DNA of 64,000 nt from Raillietiella orientalis (Eukaryota), in the NCBI GenBank assembly GCA_036172245.1, contig JAYWIR010000070.1, forward strand, positions 124,001 to 188,000, in the 5' to 3' direction. Below are positions 49,485 to 63,843 of the stretch, piece by piece. The notes beneath the pieces were generated by a model, which was given only the letters and a program-made list of their open reading frames with translations, was not told where the DNA came from and ran no database searches. A program made the translations under genes and the position numbers. Positions within the stretch are counted from its first letter, which is position 1; each line of letters opens with the position of its first letter.

Positions 49485-52400
49485 ATGGAAGGAACCATCG
49501 AAATCCCTCTTAGGGATACAGATGAGGTAAAGTTGTGTTTGATATTTTACATTGAAGAATTGATCCATGTTTACTTATTTTTTGAAATTATAGTAACTAC
49601 TGAATTGATATATATCTGAAGCAGATTGATGTTGCACGCATCTGTCGTAAGCTTAGAAGGGTTATTTATAGTCAATAGTGTAGAAATGAAATAATACATC
49701 CATTGTGGATAGTTATTGTAGTTCATAAGTGATTCTCTAAGATACTCGAAAAGAGTATGTACTTCATAGGGATTTGTACGAAATTCTATAATTTCAAGTA
49801 AATTTTTCATGAATTTATGGGTATTCTTTTAAATATTAATTACTCATCCAGAGGAATTCAATCTCTTGCAGTATGTTTTAATTCATGACTGTGAAGATTC
49901 GGTACAGTGCAGTTTTTTTTCTTTTTTCCCTAAAACCAGTGTTACCTTGACTGATCGTGTCAATAATTTTTAACGAGTTGAGTTTTTAGCATACTAGGAA
50001 AAGGGAGTGAAAATAAATCAACTCGTGGAAGTTGTGAAATAACTTGTAAATAAAACAATGTTTAATACATTTTATTGTTTCATGGTATGCATTTTGAATA
50101 TTGGTTTGCTTCCTTTTAGAAGAAACCTATGTTATCCAATTTTGTTTAGGCGTTTTGGGTTGCATATTTTGTTGTAGGACTTGCATGCATAATATGCATC
50201 TGATAGTTGCATGAAACATAAAATTATATTGAAAATGAAAATTGTTATTGAAAGTAAGTATCCTTGGAATTAACTTTTAACTAATTTGTTATTCTTTATA
50301 TGCAGATGTCAATCATAATTCTGAATCCATTCTTAAAAAACAAACAAACAAGGAAAGCAATACTGTAGTGCTAAAAATTGGGTACTTGGACACCCAATTT
50401 TAAGTCTCAAATGCTGGGTAATCCGCTGTTAAAAAATCAGAAATAAAAAAATTCTCTTCTGGAATCAGTTTTCCAAGTTTCATTTAGCATGGTATTTTTA
50501 ATTTGAATACAGAAATCACAAGAAACCTTTATGTAATTTCTGCATGTGACATACACCTAATCTGGTACATTTTGCTGAAATCTATCTGAGAACGACAAAA
50601 AAGTTTTGTGAATGAAAATTTCGTGATCTGATTTAGACAATTTGCGTAAAACTTGTAAGTTCAGCAAGAAGTTTTACATCCCCTTCTACCAACAGCAAAA
50701 ATGTGTGCTTTGAAGCAGCAAATAAGATTCATATGAATTGAGTAATTTTGCCGAGTACTCTTTGGTTCCTGTGAAAGTATTCCATTTTGAAACAGAAACA
50801 ACAACAAAAGAAATATTTTTATATGAGCAAGTGCAGTGTTTAAATGAATTGCAATGTTGAATTGTCTTTGTTTGCTTTTGATTGTTTCAGAAGGTTGTGA
50901 ATTGTTGTATAATTCTTATTTGGAAGTCCAGAAGTACAGGGTTCAGTTAATATGATGGCATATTATGTATTTCATGAACTATTTTTCCAATAGTTTTTAC
51001 AATTTTACAATTACTATGATCAGGGCTGAAATAATCTCATGGCTCATTGGATGCTACATGAGCACTGACTTACAGGTTCCATGCTCTGTAGTTGTATGCT
51101 TTGATGTGCACATTTTAGTTTCCCAAATTTCAGACTGCTTGGTGAACAGTCAAACAGTCAGTTTGATTTTCTAGAGTGTAAAGAAAATCTGCAACCAGAA
51201 ATTTGTATGTGCTCAATAAGAACTGTAAAGGGAAGACAAGGCATTTGAAAAGTACATTTTAGTTGAAAATTATGTTGCATTGTCAATGACAATGCACGAA
51301 TTTTGGTGGTCATAGCATGGTGATTAGGAGCATGAAAAAATGAGATACCATTTTTGTTTGGTACTTAAATTTCAGTTTAGTTTCAAAAGGTTACAGAGTT
51401 TTATGACTGTTTTCATTTTTTCGTAATTAATTTCTTTTATTCTTTTAGTTTGTTGAATTCATATTGGAAGTATTCATGTATTTATGTGTTTGCCTATGTG
51501 TATAGTTTAACTGTACACATAAGCAAACAATAGATGTTCTTGTTGTTTGTCTTGATCCATTTTTAATTTGCTCATTTTCTTGGTAAATTATTTACACTTG
51601 AAGATCTGGTTTCAAATAGTTAAATCAAATAAAAATCACACTTCAACAGATAATTATCATTGATTGAAACCTTCAGAATGTTAAGCTTAATGCTGCTGTG
51701 TTTCTCTTGGTGCTTATATTAGTAATTTAGGTCCCATCTATTTTTGTTTAAAATATGTACTTTTCATTCTGCACATTTGGTGAAAGTTTGCACTCTAGGA
51801 AAACTCTTTAGAATTCAACAATTTGGTATCTTGCCAAAAAACTTTTGATTTTCTCAAATAATTGATTCAAACAACGTAAAGCATTTCATGTAATCAAGCT
51901 TTTTGATGGAAAACAAAAATTCTTATTTTCACTGTTTAGTTTCAAGCATTTTGGGATCATTTTTTGTTCATTTCTTTTGCACAAACAAAAATTGTTTTCA
52001 TATACCTCGTTTTGTTTCTTATCTCGTATCTTTTCTTTTCAGGTGTGCTTTTCTTTACTTTTTTCTGTTTCGTGTCTGTGACAAATGTTATTGATTGTTC
52101 CAATATTCTATGAAGCAACTCTATATCTCACTATAGAATTGCAATGGAAAGTTCATTTAAATCATATTAGAAGTTGCCAGTTGTTGCCTAATCATTGAAG
52201 ATTGAATCAGGAAGGAGGACTTGTTGGAAACGGATTAATGTGCAGTTTTCATCTCAAAAACTCCAAAAATAAATTGAAAATTCCAAAATCAATGCAGATT
52301 CATGAAATGTGTTTAAACATATAAAAGAAACCATAACATGCTTAAACAATGAAGTGATTTGCAAAAAACTTTTCCATTTTTTACACACATTTTGCTTATC

Positions 52401-55400
52401 TATAAAAAGACAATTAAGAAGGATATACAACCCAATTATAAGCAAAATGGGAAAAAATAGGACACTAAATAAACCTAATGCTTGAGTACTCAGAATATGA
52501 TGGCTATGGAAGTTGTTGTGCCATTAAATAAATAAGTTCTCTTTAATTTGACTTTTTAATTTGTGTTGAAAGGTCAGTGGGGGGAAGGAAGTGGTTTCAC
52601 AAAGAATGTCATGACAAAAATCAGTCTTTGAAAGATTCTTTGAAAACTCTAATTCTTTTAAATAAAAAAGACCATAGAAATGCAGACTTGCAAAATCAAA
52701 AAAATGTAAATAATAAATGATGCAATGCAATCTCAGTAATGAAAATTAATTGGTGAGAATGATATATATTGTCAAATTTGACTGACTATGCAGTTCATTT
52801 AGATGGAAATAAAAAAAAAAAAATTAATTCCCTAACTCAACAAAATGACATGCACATGTAGGATTGCTTTAATGTACACAATTGTTCAACATGGCTTTCT
52901 TTAGAGGACCCCCTTTAAAAAGAAACTAAAACTGCAAATTCTCTTGTGTTTCCAATATTTCAAAGAAATCAGTTTTAATTACTGAATTCGATTTTCCAAT
53001 GTTTTGACAAGGAAAAAAGTTGACTTTTTTTATTCACTAACTTTAATTTGGGTGTACTTTCAGAAGTTTTAAAATTTTCAGGAAGGATGTGGTAAAAAGT
53101 CTTTTAACCAATTTTAGTTTAAATGTTTGTTCTATTGTAGAATTCGTTACTGTTGCTTATATTGGGAATAATTCATATTTACTCCTGTTTTTTTCTTGCA
53201 GTTTGTATTATTTTTGCTTATGTGCTTGATTTTCTTATGTAGAATTTCATTCTGGAGATAAAATTTCTTTTATTTAAGAGCGAGTTGCTTGATTTTTCTG
53301 CTTATGTTTTCCATACTTTTTTCTATCTGTATTCTGATTGTTAAAACAGAATGCCTTACTAACTATATGAAACTGAATAATTCAAGCTAAATGCTCCCCC
53401 AAAAAAGAGATCATATAGTTTATCTTCCTACAAAACTTTGCACTTATTGGAATGCTCATATGTCTTTTCTTGGTCTGTTATATAAAACATTGGCTTAAAG
53501 ATCATGATCAAACAATCAATGCTGTGTTCTAGGTGATTGAATTGGATATCGATCAATTGCCTGATGGCAATGAAGTGATTGGTATACTTCAGCAGGAACA
53601 AGCAGTGCTCAGCTTATGGATCACCTTAGCGGTAATCTTTTTTGTTGAATTGGTTTATCTGAAAATTTTTAAGAGAATGCAAAGCAGAATGATATAGCAA
53701 TGCAAAAGTTTTATATAATTTCAAGGACTATGTTTTCTTGTTAATTTTGGGAGTTAACTTTGTGTTGCTACCATTGTATCCAAGTTTAGCAGCTTTGTGA
53801 TAGCAACACCATTATCATTGAGACATTATTTTAGTTGGAATATTACAAGCAAGGAAAAGAAGACGATTTTGTGAAAATCCTGGAAGCATCTCGAACAGAC
53901 GCTTTTCTTGAATATCGGGATTTTGAACGGGATCAAATGCGTGTATTAGATACACTGGCTGCTTATTATGTACAGAAGGCTAACCGGCACAAAAACAAAG
54001 ATAAGCGCCGTGATTTATTCACCAAAGCCACTTTATTATATACTACAGCTGATAAGATCATCATGTACGATCAAGTATGTCTTAACAGCACTTGTATGTC
54101 TGCATAGCTTTTTGAAAGAATCATTTGCTAGGGCGTGCTTACTTCTGTCTCTTGGAAGGAGACAAAATGGAGCAAGCAGACACACAGTTTAATTTTGTGC
54201 TCAATCAGAATTCAACAAGCATCCCTGCTCTTTTGGGAAAAGCATGCATTGCATTTAACAAAAAAGATTATCGTGCCTCGTTAGCATTATATAAGAAAGC
54301 TCTGCGGACCAATCCAGGTTGTCCAGCAGCAGTTCGACTTGGTATGGGGCACTGTTTTCTGAAATTGGGCAACCAAGAGAAAGCCAGGTTTGCCTGAAAG
54401 CTTATTTCTATTTGGATAACTTACTGGTACTGCAGGTTAGCATTTGAGCGGGCATTAGAACTGGATGGAAAATGTGTAGGTGCCCTTGTAGGCTTAGCAG
54501 TACTTGAGCTGAATTGCCGTACTGTGGAGTCGATTCGCAATGGTGTGCAGATGTTGTCTCGTGCTTACACCATCGATCCCACTAATCCCATGGTTCTCAA
54601 TCATCTTGCTAATCATTTCTTTTTCAAAAAAGATTTTGAAAAAGTGAAACATTTAGCTTTGCATGCATTTCACAATACTGAAAATGAGACAATGCGTGCA
54701 GAGAGCTGTTACCAACTAGCCCGTGCTTTTCATGTGCAAGGCGATCATGATCAGGCATTTCAATACTATTACCAGGCTACCCAGTTTGCCCTTCCCTCTT
54801 TTGTGCTACCGCATTTTGGTCTTGGCCAAATGTATATTCATCGTGGGGATGCAGAAAATGCAGCACAATGTTTTGAGAAAGTACTGAAGGCTCAACCAGG
54901 AAATTACGAGACCATGAAGATTCTTGGCTCACTTTACGCAGGCAGTGGTTCCAGTAACCAACCTAAACGTGATATTGCCCGTCAACACTTGCGTAAAGTT
55001 ACTGAACAGTTTCCTGATGATGTGGAGGCCTGGATTGAACTGGCCCAGATTCTTGAACAGAACGATTTGCAAGGCTCCCTGCAAGCATACAACACAGCTA
55101 GCACCATTTTACGTGAGAAAGTCCAAGCTGAAGTGCCACCAGAAATACTAAACAATGTGGGAGCGCTATACTTTCGGTAGGCATGATAGTTTATATATCT
55201 GTTTACCTTTATTGTCTGTAGTTTGGGAGATTTGCCGAAGGCAGAGCAGAATTTCCTAGAGGCGCTGGAAAGATGCCAACAGGAGGCAAACCATGATCAA
55301 CAATATTACAGTGCAATTTCAGTGACCATTACTTACAATACAGCACGTCTTCAGGAAGCCCTTTATCAGCATGATAAGGCTGAACGCATGTACAAGGATA

Positions 55401-57550
55401 TCCTGCGGGAGCATCCAAACTACGTGGACTGCTATCTGCGTTTGGGCTGCATGGCTCGCGATCTGGGACAGATTTATGATGCTTCAGACTGGTTTAAGGA
55501 AGCATTGCAAATTAATACGGAGCATCCAGATACATGGTCACTTATAGGAAATCTGCACTTGGCGAAAATGGAATGGGGTCCAGGGCAGAAGAAATTTGAG
55601 CGTATCATCAAGGTAGGCTAAGCATAAAAAGAACTAAGTTTTGTTATTTTTTGTTATTGCTGCAGAACACAGAAACTTCTAATGATGCCTATTCCTTGAT
55701 TGCACTTGGCAATGTGTGGCTGCAGACTTTACATCAGCCTTGCAAAGATAAGGAAAAGGAGAAACGTCATCAAGATCGTGCCTTGACCCTTTATAAGCAA
55801 GTTTTACGCGATGACCCGCGGAATATTTGGGCAGCTAATGGTATTGGTGCTGTGTTAGCACACAAAGGTTACATAGCAGAGGCACGTGATGTATTTGCAC
55901 AAGTTAGGGAAGCAACTGCTGATTTCTGCGATGTGTGGCTAAATATTGCTCATGTATACGTTGAGCAGCATCAGTTGGTGTCGGCTGTGCAAATGTATGA
56001 AAACTGTTTGCGGAAATTCTTCCGCCATCATAATGTAGAGGTTCTCCAATACTTAGCACGTGCCCACTACAAGGCAGGCAACCTGAGTCAGGCGAAATCT
56101 GCCCTGCTGCGTGCTTGTCGTGTAGCACCACATGACCTCTTGCTCCTTTATAATTTAGCGCTGGTTTTATTACGCTTAGCTCGCTGTGCTCTCGAAGACA
56201 GTAAATCCACACTTCCCTTAGTGTTGCAATCTGTCCATGAATTGGGAGTGGCACACCGCACTTTCCAGTATTTGGCCAACCTAGGTGTTGATCGCCCCAA
56301 GTATGATCCAGCACAAGCAGCTGCAGAGGCCCGCCTGGCACAAGATGTTCTTTCTCAGGCACAGTACCATGTTGCTCGGGCTAGACGTTTGGATGAAGAA
56401 GAAAGAAGATTGCGCAAAAAACAAGAAGAAGAACGAGAGGCATTTAAACTGAAACAAATTGAAGAACAAAAAAAATTGGAAGAGGCACGCCGAATACAGC
56501 AGGAGGAGTTACTTCGCCGAAGAGAAGAGTACAAAGAGAAGATGAAAAATGCCATCATTTTACGGGATGTGTCCCCTGAAAAGAGTCACAGAAAAAGCAA
56601 GTTGAAGAAACGTGAAGATGATGACATGATCACTGATGGTTCTGGAAGTGAGGATGTGGTTGTGTCACGTGAACCCAAGCCTAGGAAAAAGCGATCTAAA
56701 GAAAAGCCTGACAGAAAAAAGAAGAAGAAAGTCATAAAGAAACCATCTGTTGAGAGTGAAGATGAGGATAGGCGCCGCCAGTTAGAGAGTATCAAGAAGA
56801 AGGTAAGTACATTTACAATGAGGACAGTAAGACCTGCTGTGTGGGTGACCAGGAGAAAATATATTCTGCACCTGATGAAAGAATGAGTAAGGCAAGAAGA
56901 AAGGTTGTCTCTAAAGCAGTTATCTCTTCGTCTAGTGACACTTCTGACAATGGTCAACAATCTTCTAGGTATGTAGACACATTATCTGTCATATAGTGAT
57001 GTGCTTTCCAGAATGGCAAATCAAAAGGCGGGTTCTAGTCGTTTAGTGCAATCCGACAGTGAAAAGTCCAGGTATCTGAAGTGAAAGTTATTCATGTTTT
57101 CAGTTCTTGTGTTTTGCAGGTCCCCATCTGTTTCATCTTCTAACTCACCCAGGTAAACATGATTTTTATAAAATAAGTTTAAAGCCAAACATTTACAGAT
57201 CCCCATCTAGAGTTCAGAAGAATTCAAACCTAAGCCAATCCACACCCAGGTAGGAAAGTCCGAATTTCAAGAGAGTATGCTTTTTTTGTAGCCAATCAGC
57301 ATCACCAGAGAGCCATGTGGTTTCAGCATCCCATTCTCCTGCAAATAGTGCAGATGAAGAAGAGCATCATGGCAATGTTACTCCACGCTCCACATCCAGG
57401 TCTCCTTCTATCGACAGAAATGCTTCCCCATTCGAAAATTCATTGCCTGCAGATGATTCAGAACATGAAACCATGCAGCCAGAATGGGGTAGGGCTTGAC
57501 TGTTGTTCAATTATTTATGTATGCTTCTAGGAGATAGTGGAAGTGATTGA
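49485..57550 (+). CDS. CTR9: RNA polymerase-associated protein CTR9 homolog (PAF1 complex, TPR repeats), multi-exon
   Basis: Exon 1 [14 protein letters not shown] (49485-49526), ~4 kb intron, then [92 protein letters not shown], and a Lys/Ser-rich tail ending GDSGSD*. Exact 3' micro-exon structure is less certain. Confidence 0.95.
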
Positions 57551-59639
57551 TGAACTCTCTGTCATTGAGGTCAATGCCATCTACAAGTTTAAATTGGAAG
57601 CCTCTTCATTTCAGTGAACTGGTTGTTGCTTTAGAAGAGTACTTTCTGCTCAATGCATCTCCTGAGTATCTGTTACTCATCTAGTACATCTAGATGGCTT
57701 AAGGGAGAAACATGCACCCTGATTGTTACTTTGTTCTTACTGTTTATCACTGATCCGATTCAGTTCAGTAACGTTATTATAGTACTCTTGAATTTCTCAT
57801 GGTATACATTTCAAGTGCACGTCTTTGAAATCTGTAAGGTAGAATTCTATTTTTAGTATAATTAAACAAATCCTTGCGAGCATCATTGATTTTGTATTTT
57901 GCTTGGAAAGAAAATTTTCCTAATTCATGTGATCCCGAACATCAATAAAAACTTGTTAATCCTCACTCGGCCATGTGTACATAGAATGTAATGGTGCACA
58001 GAACGTGCCCTCTTTACAAACACCTAATTCATTTGGAAGATTCTAATGGAGAAGGAAGCCTTAGATGGAGGTCGAAAGCGAAGCGTTCAGCACAAACACC
58101 CTAAGAAAGTATGGGTATTCGAAAGCAGCCGTTCAGCTTGCGAGTGAATTATTGAACTGAGTTAAGTGCTACCAAATTGGTGAAGGCGACCTTAGGCTTG
58201 TAATTCCTGAAACGTCATGAGGTGAAAACTCCCTCTTAACCGAAGTTGCGACAGTTTGGAAAGGTGTATGAACAGGTCTCACGAAGCAAAAAGATGCTGA
58301 CTTGCGATCGGGAAACAGCGAAGATGCCCCGCAGGCTTTTTGGTGGTTAAGCAAGATGCGTGTGGAATCTGTGGCCCACTGTTCTTTCTCTTTCCCGCTT
58401 GAGCGCATCATTCCTTTTCCCCCTTCTATTTGGCTTGATTGAGTAAAAGTTTTTGGAAGCCGAAACGAAGATGAGCAAAGAGACCTCTCGATTTTTTCAG
58501 AAGAGCAGCAAAAGTGCTCGTATGGGAAGTGCAACACAACGGATGAATGAGATACGAAAACATGAAGAACTATCCCTCCATCCAGTATTACTGCAACGAG
58601 CAGGATGTGGTGAAACTGCCAGCGTGCTACTGGAAATCAACGGAAATGGGATTACCTAGAAAATCCGAAACAAATGGATGCCCCGTTATCTGCTGGTTTC
58701 AGGAAGCAAGGGCGGAGTTTCTGCTGCCGTCTTTGGTGACTCAGGGTAAAGTTTTCCACGCTTCGTTACGTTAGGATAACGTCAGTTAGGGCTCGACGTT
58801 TGCCGACAGGTTTGAAAGTTACCTGACGTCGAACTAGGAGATGTTGCATGCAAGTGGTATCATAGCAGATCGCGGCATCTGAGCAAAGATGCCGAGCAAG
58901 GGAATGAACTACGGGAGCGTTTCGAGAAAAAGGGGCGGGTAACCGGTTATGAGAAGTCTTGTGATAGGAAGTCTGTGCTTCACTTCGGGATGCTTTCAAA
59001 ATATCTCCTTTCCCATCCGCCTTGTTTTGAGATTACGCAGATTTAAACGATTTATATGATGTTGATGTATGGCAATTTGCTGCTCGCGATCACAAACCAT
59101 CACCAGTGATCGCCACCGCAACGTCTCCAAAACATGGCCTTGCAGAATCAGGCAACTGGTCTCTCAACTGTAAACATGCCGCAGGCATCTAGGATTTGCA
59201 TGCACCATGCCAGGAAAAAGATTCAATCTGTCCTGTGTCCAACAGCGACGCACAAAAATGTCGCGGCCGCTAGCGCTTGCTTTTCCTTGCGTGTGGCTTC
59301 ACTTGCGTGGGTCCAAGTCTTCCTGCATTTCGCTGCCTGGAAGACAATTATCTTGAGTCACAAGGCGTTAACGAGAAAGCTGCCTGTCGTAGTCAAACCT
59401 GTTTTCGTTTCAGCACTACTCTGAATTGACAGGAGTGTATGGATGTGCTTTTCTATGCTGCGCAGACAGGTGTCAGACCACCTGTTTTACCGCCACCGGG
59501 AGAAGCTCCTAACCTCCCAAGAAAGTCTCCGTCCCCTCGGAAAGTGTTGAAGACTCGCTCTCACACCTGGCTCGGACTTCCATAAAAGGGTCTCGCGTTG
59601 GGTGTGGTGATACGCTGGAAATACTCGGACGAGAGGGAA

Positions 59640-59960
59640 GCTGGGCACGGACGTTGGCAGACGCAGGCTATTTCCTCCAGAAGGTGCAGCATGTTAACTG
59701 CAGCGGCAAGACTCTCTGTATGGCGTCCTCTTGTTGGCAACCAGCTGTTGAGGGATCAGTGATCTCCCCATGAGCTGGGTCTGCACACCCTTTGGAAACC
59801 TCTTAAAGAAATTCGAGGACTGACCTCATGCTACAGTCTGACTTGATACGTCACCGTGTACCTCATATGCCTAAGCTCGTCTTGGCATTTAAGAATCTGC
59901 AGCCAGAAGCCGATCCTCGTAGGGATGGTATGCAGGTGTTCTTTAATATTCGTTCTTCAG
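59640..59960 (-). mobile_element. Decayed Ty3/Gypsy-like integrase relic
   Basis: Minus-strand RTPAYHP (compare RT.AYHPQ.NG) followed downstream by KRTPYRESCRCS*...GNSLRLP (compare RT...E...CSP..++G..LRLP); stops present. Confidence 0.4.
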
Positions 59961-60992
59961 CATCTGCAAATTTCCATTCGCGTGTTCCTTCCCAGTCTGC
60001 TGCCTTTCATCTTTCTGATCCATGTGTTCCACCAGATCCATTCTCCTCCACCTCAAATTTTGTTACTCGAGCCGCTTGCCTGCTCTACTTTTCCTTCGAC
60101 TGAACCTGCCTAATCTCTCGGGAAAAGGAGCAGCAGCGTAGTGAAGATCTCTAAGGAAAAAAAGAGGGGTGTAGAATGAGCAGAAAAGAGCGAGTCTGTG
60201 TGCTTACACGCTCTGAATAATAATAATAACGATAACTGATAATAATGAAAGGGTTGAGAGGAAGGAAAGAGTGGAGTCGAAAGGGAACCTTGTTCAGCGG
60301 AACGAATCGTCATTACTTTTTCTTGGACAGAGCAAACAGTGACTAGGATGAGCGTTCCTCTCGTATGCTGTTCTTATCCAGAGAATCCACAGAGCAGGTG
60401 CTTAGCGTGAATTTGTTGGCCCTTCTGCATGATCTCAGCGTCGCTCCCGTTCGATTGCGGTCGTGATTTAAGGGACGCTAGGGTTTCAAAGATGAGCGCT
60501 GCCCAATGAGCAATGAGCGTTGGAACTTTCGGCTGAAGTGATGCAGGCCGCCTGAAACCTTCCATTCTGAAATTCGGAATCCAAAAGGTATAACTAGGCA
60601 GAGAGTACCGAAGAAGATGGTCTTTTGGGTTCACCTTGGAACAAATCAATTCACGCACCGGCAGTGCAGCGGCTGCTCCTCGGAAGCTCTGTCGAAAACT
60701 CCTCGAGTCACGAAACTGATAGAATACAGCCGGAAGTAGCGTCGAGTGCCAATGGGAGAGGTCGTAACACACCTTCAAGGTTGTGAACATGCTGCCCCTA
60801 ACATCCTTTTGGAAGAGAGGGAAGAGGTTGGCGATGCTGTAGATATTTAAGAAGTCTCTGGCAGGTCAACAAAGAAGTTTCCCATTGTTCATTGTTTTGC
60901 TTTGTATCCAGACAACCACAAGTTGACTGTTTTTAACAAAAGACCTATCTGAAACTGTTAGAATTGGAAAAAGACATCACCGCAGGCAACGC

Positions 60993-61100
60993 TTGCACCT
61001 CTGCAAGAGTTGGCTCTCCGACAGGCGTAGCTTGCTAGTAGGTGGCAGGGAACTCGGGGAATCTGCCGTTCCTTCAGGAATGATCCCGAGGTATCTCTGG
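60993..61100 (+). mobile_element. Short non-LTR RT relic
   Basis: CKSWLSDRRSLLVGGRELGESAVPSGMIP resembles the S+LS.R.Q.V..G..S....V.SGVPQG segment of LINE RTs; isolated. Confidence 0.35.
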
Positions 61101-61559
61101 CAACCTTGTTTCTCCAGTCGAAAGAGGGAACCGTTTCCCGAAGTGTGGTTCTTCTGCGAATGGACCCGAGATGTTTTTTCCATCGGGCGTTTCAGCATCG
61201 AAAGAGAATTTTCGTTCCCTTGCTGTGCCGCCGAGCTGCTGTCACACCTGTCTTTGCGCTGTCACTGGGAACCCGGCCTTCCTCTCCTTTCAACACCAGG
61301 AGGAGCCTTCTTGCAAATGGAGTTGGTTGCCGCGGAGGAAGCAGAGCTGAGGCAGGCGGAGCGTCGGTTGGAAACGGAAGCAGTTCGAACGACAGAACTG
61401 GTCGAAAGCGGGCGGGGTCAAGCAGCAGGGACACGCTGGCAAGAAAGCGCAGTTCTCCCGACTCCTCGACGGTCCTGATTTCGAATACACATGGAAAGTA
61501 CGTCGAGGCTCTTGGAGCAGCACGCGCATTTCTTTATTTGAACTTTTGGGCAGAATTGT

Positions 61560-63843
61560 CTAGAACCCTGCCGTGCTCCCTGGCTTTCTGTAGTCGGCCA
61601 CAGCTTCCCAGGAGCTATTCTTTTGTTTCTTTATGCTGCACAGGTTTGATCCCGCCACCAGCGGCTTCGTGGAGTGCCCGTAGTCCTGCAGGTAGCTCAA
61701 GGTCTCCTGGAACGGCATCCCTTTCTAAGCGAGGCTCGGAGGGGTGTCATTCCGCTGCTTGCGTATCCCTCACGCAGGGCCACTCGCGCTCCGAAACGGA
61801 GGGTGCACTCCGCGTGATGGCAGCGCCAGCTGCTGCAGCCGCGGAGGCACCTGGCACATTAGCAGGCTTTCTGTGGCATCAGGAGAGGTGAGCGAGCGAC
61901 TCCTCCCTTTCTGGCGCAGGGACCGCGTCCTGCGACGACACGACCTCCCCTCTCCCCTTTCTCCCGGCACTGCTGCCCCTCCCGAACCGCGCACGGAACT
62001 TCCTTACGGGGTCAAAGCCCTCGTCGTAGTAGAGGATCATCGGCTCCAGCTGGTGATGCAACCGCGGATAGTCGGTGGCCTCGCGCAAATCCAGACCGGC
62101 CCAGAGAGATAAGCAGGACACCTGGGGAGGCGCCCGATGAGTCGATAGGACGAGGAGGAAGCAAGCCTCTCCTCTCACCCAGGCGACCGACGAGATGATG
62201 CGCACGCCGCCGGCCGCTCCGGTCACTAAGCGGACGTTCCCAGATCCATCCACGTAGATGCTGGCGGCGGTGGACGACAGGGGCATCCTCCCGGGATGGA
62301 TGTAGTTTGCCTGGGAGGGAGGCAGGTCGAAGTAGTTGGCGCTGCCCTCGATGGAGAAGTCATCCATCTCGTCGTTCAGCACGATCCCCGTCGACTGCGA
62401 CCACTCCCCCGAGCCGAAGCTGGATAGGGGCAATGGCTGGAAAGGAGCACGAAGACCCCCCGCCTCACTAGAGGTTGATCGTGCTCGTCATAGAGACCGC
62501 GTCTCCGTTAGGCGCGACGACTGAGAGGTGAGACGTGCCGCTGTCATTGGGAGCTTTGGAGGAGACGACTCCGTAGTCGCTCGGATCCGTGGACGTGCGC
62601 TCCTTGTCAAGGTTCTGCAGGATCCTCGCGACATTCTCGTCTGAGATGATGCTGGACTCGATCTGCAGCGAAAAGGGTCTAACTGCTAGAGGCGCTGTCG
62701 GGAGAAGGCACGACCCTACGTGCTTCACTCCGGGAAAGTCTCCCAGATCGAGGCGCCTGGCGTACGCGTACTTCATGCTCTCCACGAAGCGCCTCGCGAA
62801 CAGCTGGCGGCTAACTGGGTCCTCCTTCCACTGCTTTTCGGTCAACTGGAAGTAGCTCATCAGCTTCATGATTAGGGTGAGGATAGCTCCGCTCGCAGGG
62901 CTCGGTGCCGTGAGCAACCTCAGATCACCGTGGAGGTCCTCCTCGATCGCATCGTCCCAACGGGGTCTAAGGAATCACGGGATTCAAGAGGTGGGGAAGC
63001 AAAGGAGGAAGGGAAGAAGAAAGGGGAAGGAATGGAGCAAGAGGAAGGGAGGAAGGAAGGGAGGAGCGAGGAGGAAAGGTAGAAGAGGAGGAGGAAGAGA
63101 AAGGAGGCATATACGCACTTGTAGCTCCTTAGGTCCTCGGCCGTGATGATGCCTCCTATATCCTGGATGTCCCGGAGAAATCCTTCGCTGAGGCGTCCCT
63201 CGTAGAGCGCCTTGGCTCCATCTGCGGCCACGATCTCCAACGTCTGGCAGTAGACTCTGGGCGTGAATGTGCTCCCAAGGGTAAGGTTGGAGAGGAAGTT
63301 CCTGGTGATGGTGGCAGCAACGAAGGTCTTCCTCGTGCCAGATCGGAGCCGACCCGGACTGTCAATACCTCAGACCGTCTCCTAAGCGGTCCTCCTTGTG
63401 AGTGACCTCGATGGCCTTCCACATGTGCTTGTGCACGCGGATCCCTCTCCAGCACAGATCAATCGAGGGCTGCACCAGCTGCGACCAGGGAAGTCTTCCG
63501 TACATCCGGTGAGCTTCCTGAAGACCCTTCAGCTCCCCAGGGACGGCTATGGACATCCCGCCTGTGCGGAACGCGGCGTCAGAGAGGGCAGAGAAGAAGG
63601 GTCGCCGAAGAAGCGGGCTGACCTTTCATGGAGGAACTCCCCTCTCTCTTGAACATGTCACGTGTGGCCGCCGCTGGGGCAGTTTCCCTGGCGAAGAGCG
63701 TCCGGGCCTTTCGTTCTTCCTTCAGGTAGACGACCATGATGAATCCACCCCCAAGGCCTTTGCTGTGCATGTTGGCTAGGCTGAGGCAGAAGGACGCTCC
63801 GATAGCGGCGTCCACGGCCGTCCCGTTCCTCAGCAACAGATCT
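61560..63843 (-). CDS. Gamma-glutamyltranspeptidase / glutathione hydrolase family protein (5' end beyond window)
   Basis: NGTAVDAAI, GLGGGFIMVVY, ARETAP, SIAVPGELKG, YGRLPWSQLVQPSI, ESMKYAYARR, catalytic GTSHLSVVAPNGDAVSMTSTIN, GIVLNDEMDDFS, PLSS, PRLHHQL, last exon ...AVADYRKPGSTAGF*; minus-strand AATAAA at 61538-61533. Confidence 0.93.

Noticed and set aside
49527..53532. snoRNA or nested gene in the 4-kb first intron of CTR9
   Set aside because: AT-rich sequence with only small hairpins (for example ~50374-50401); no convincing paired C/D or H/ACA boxes or ORF seen by eye.
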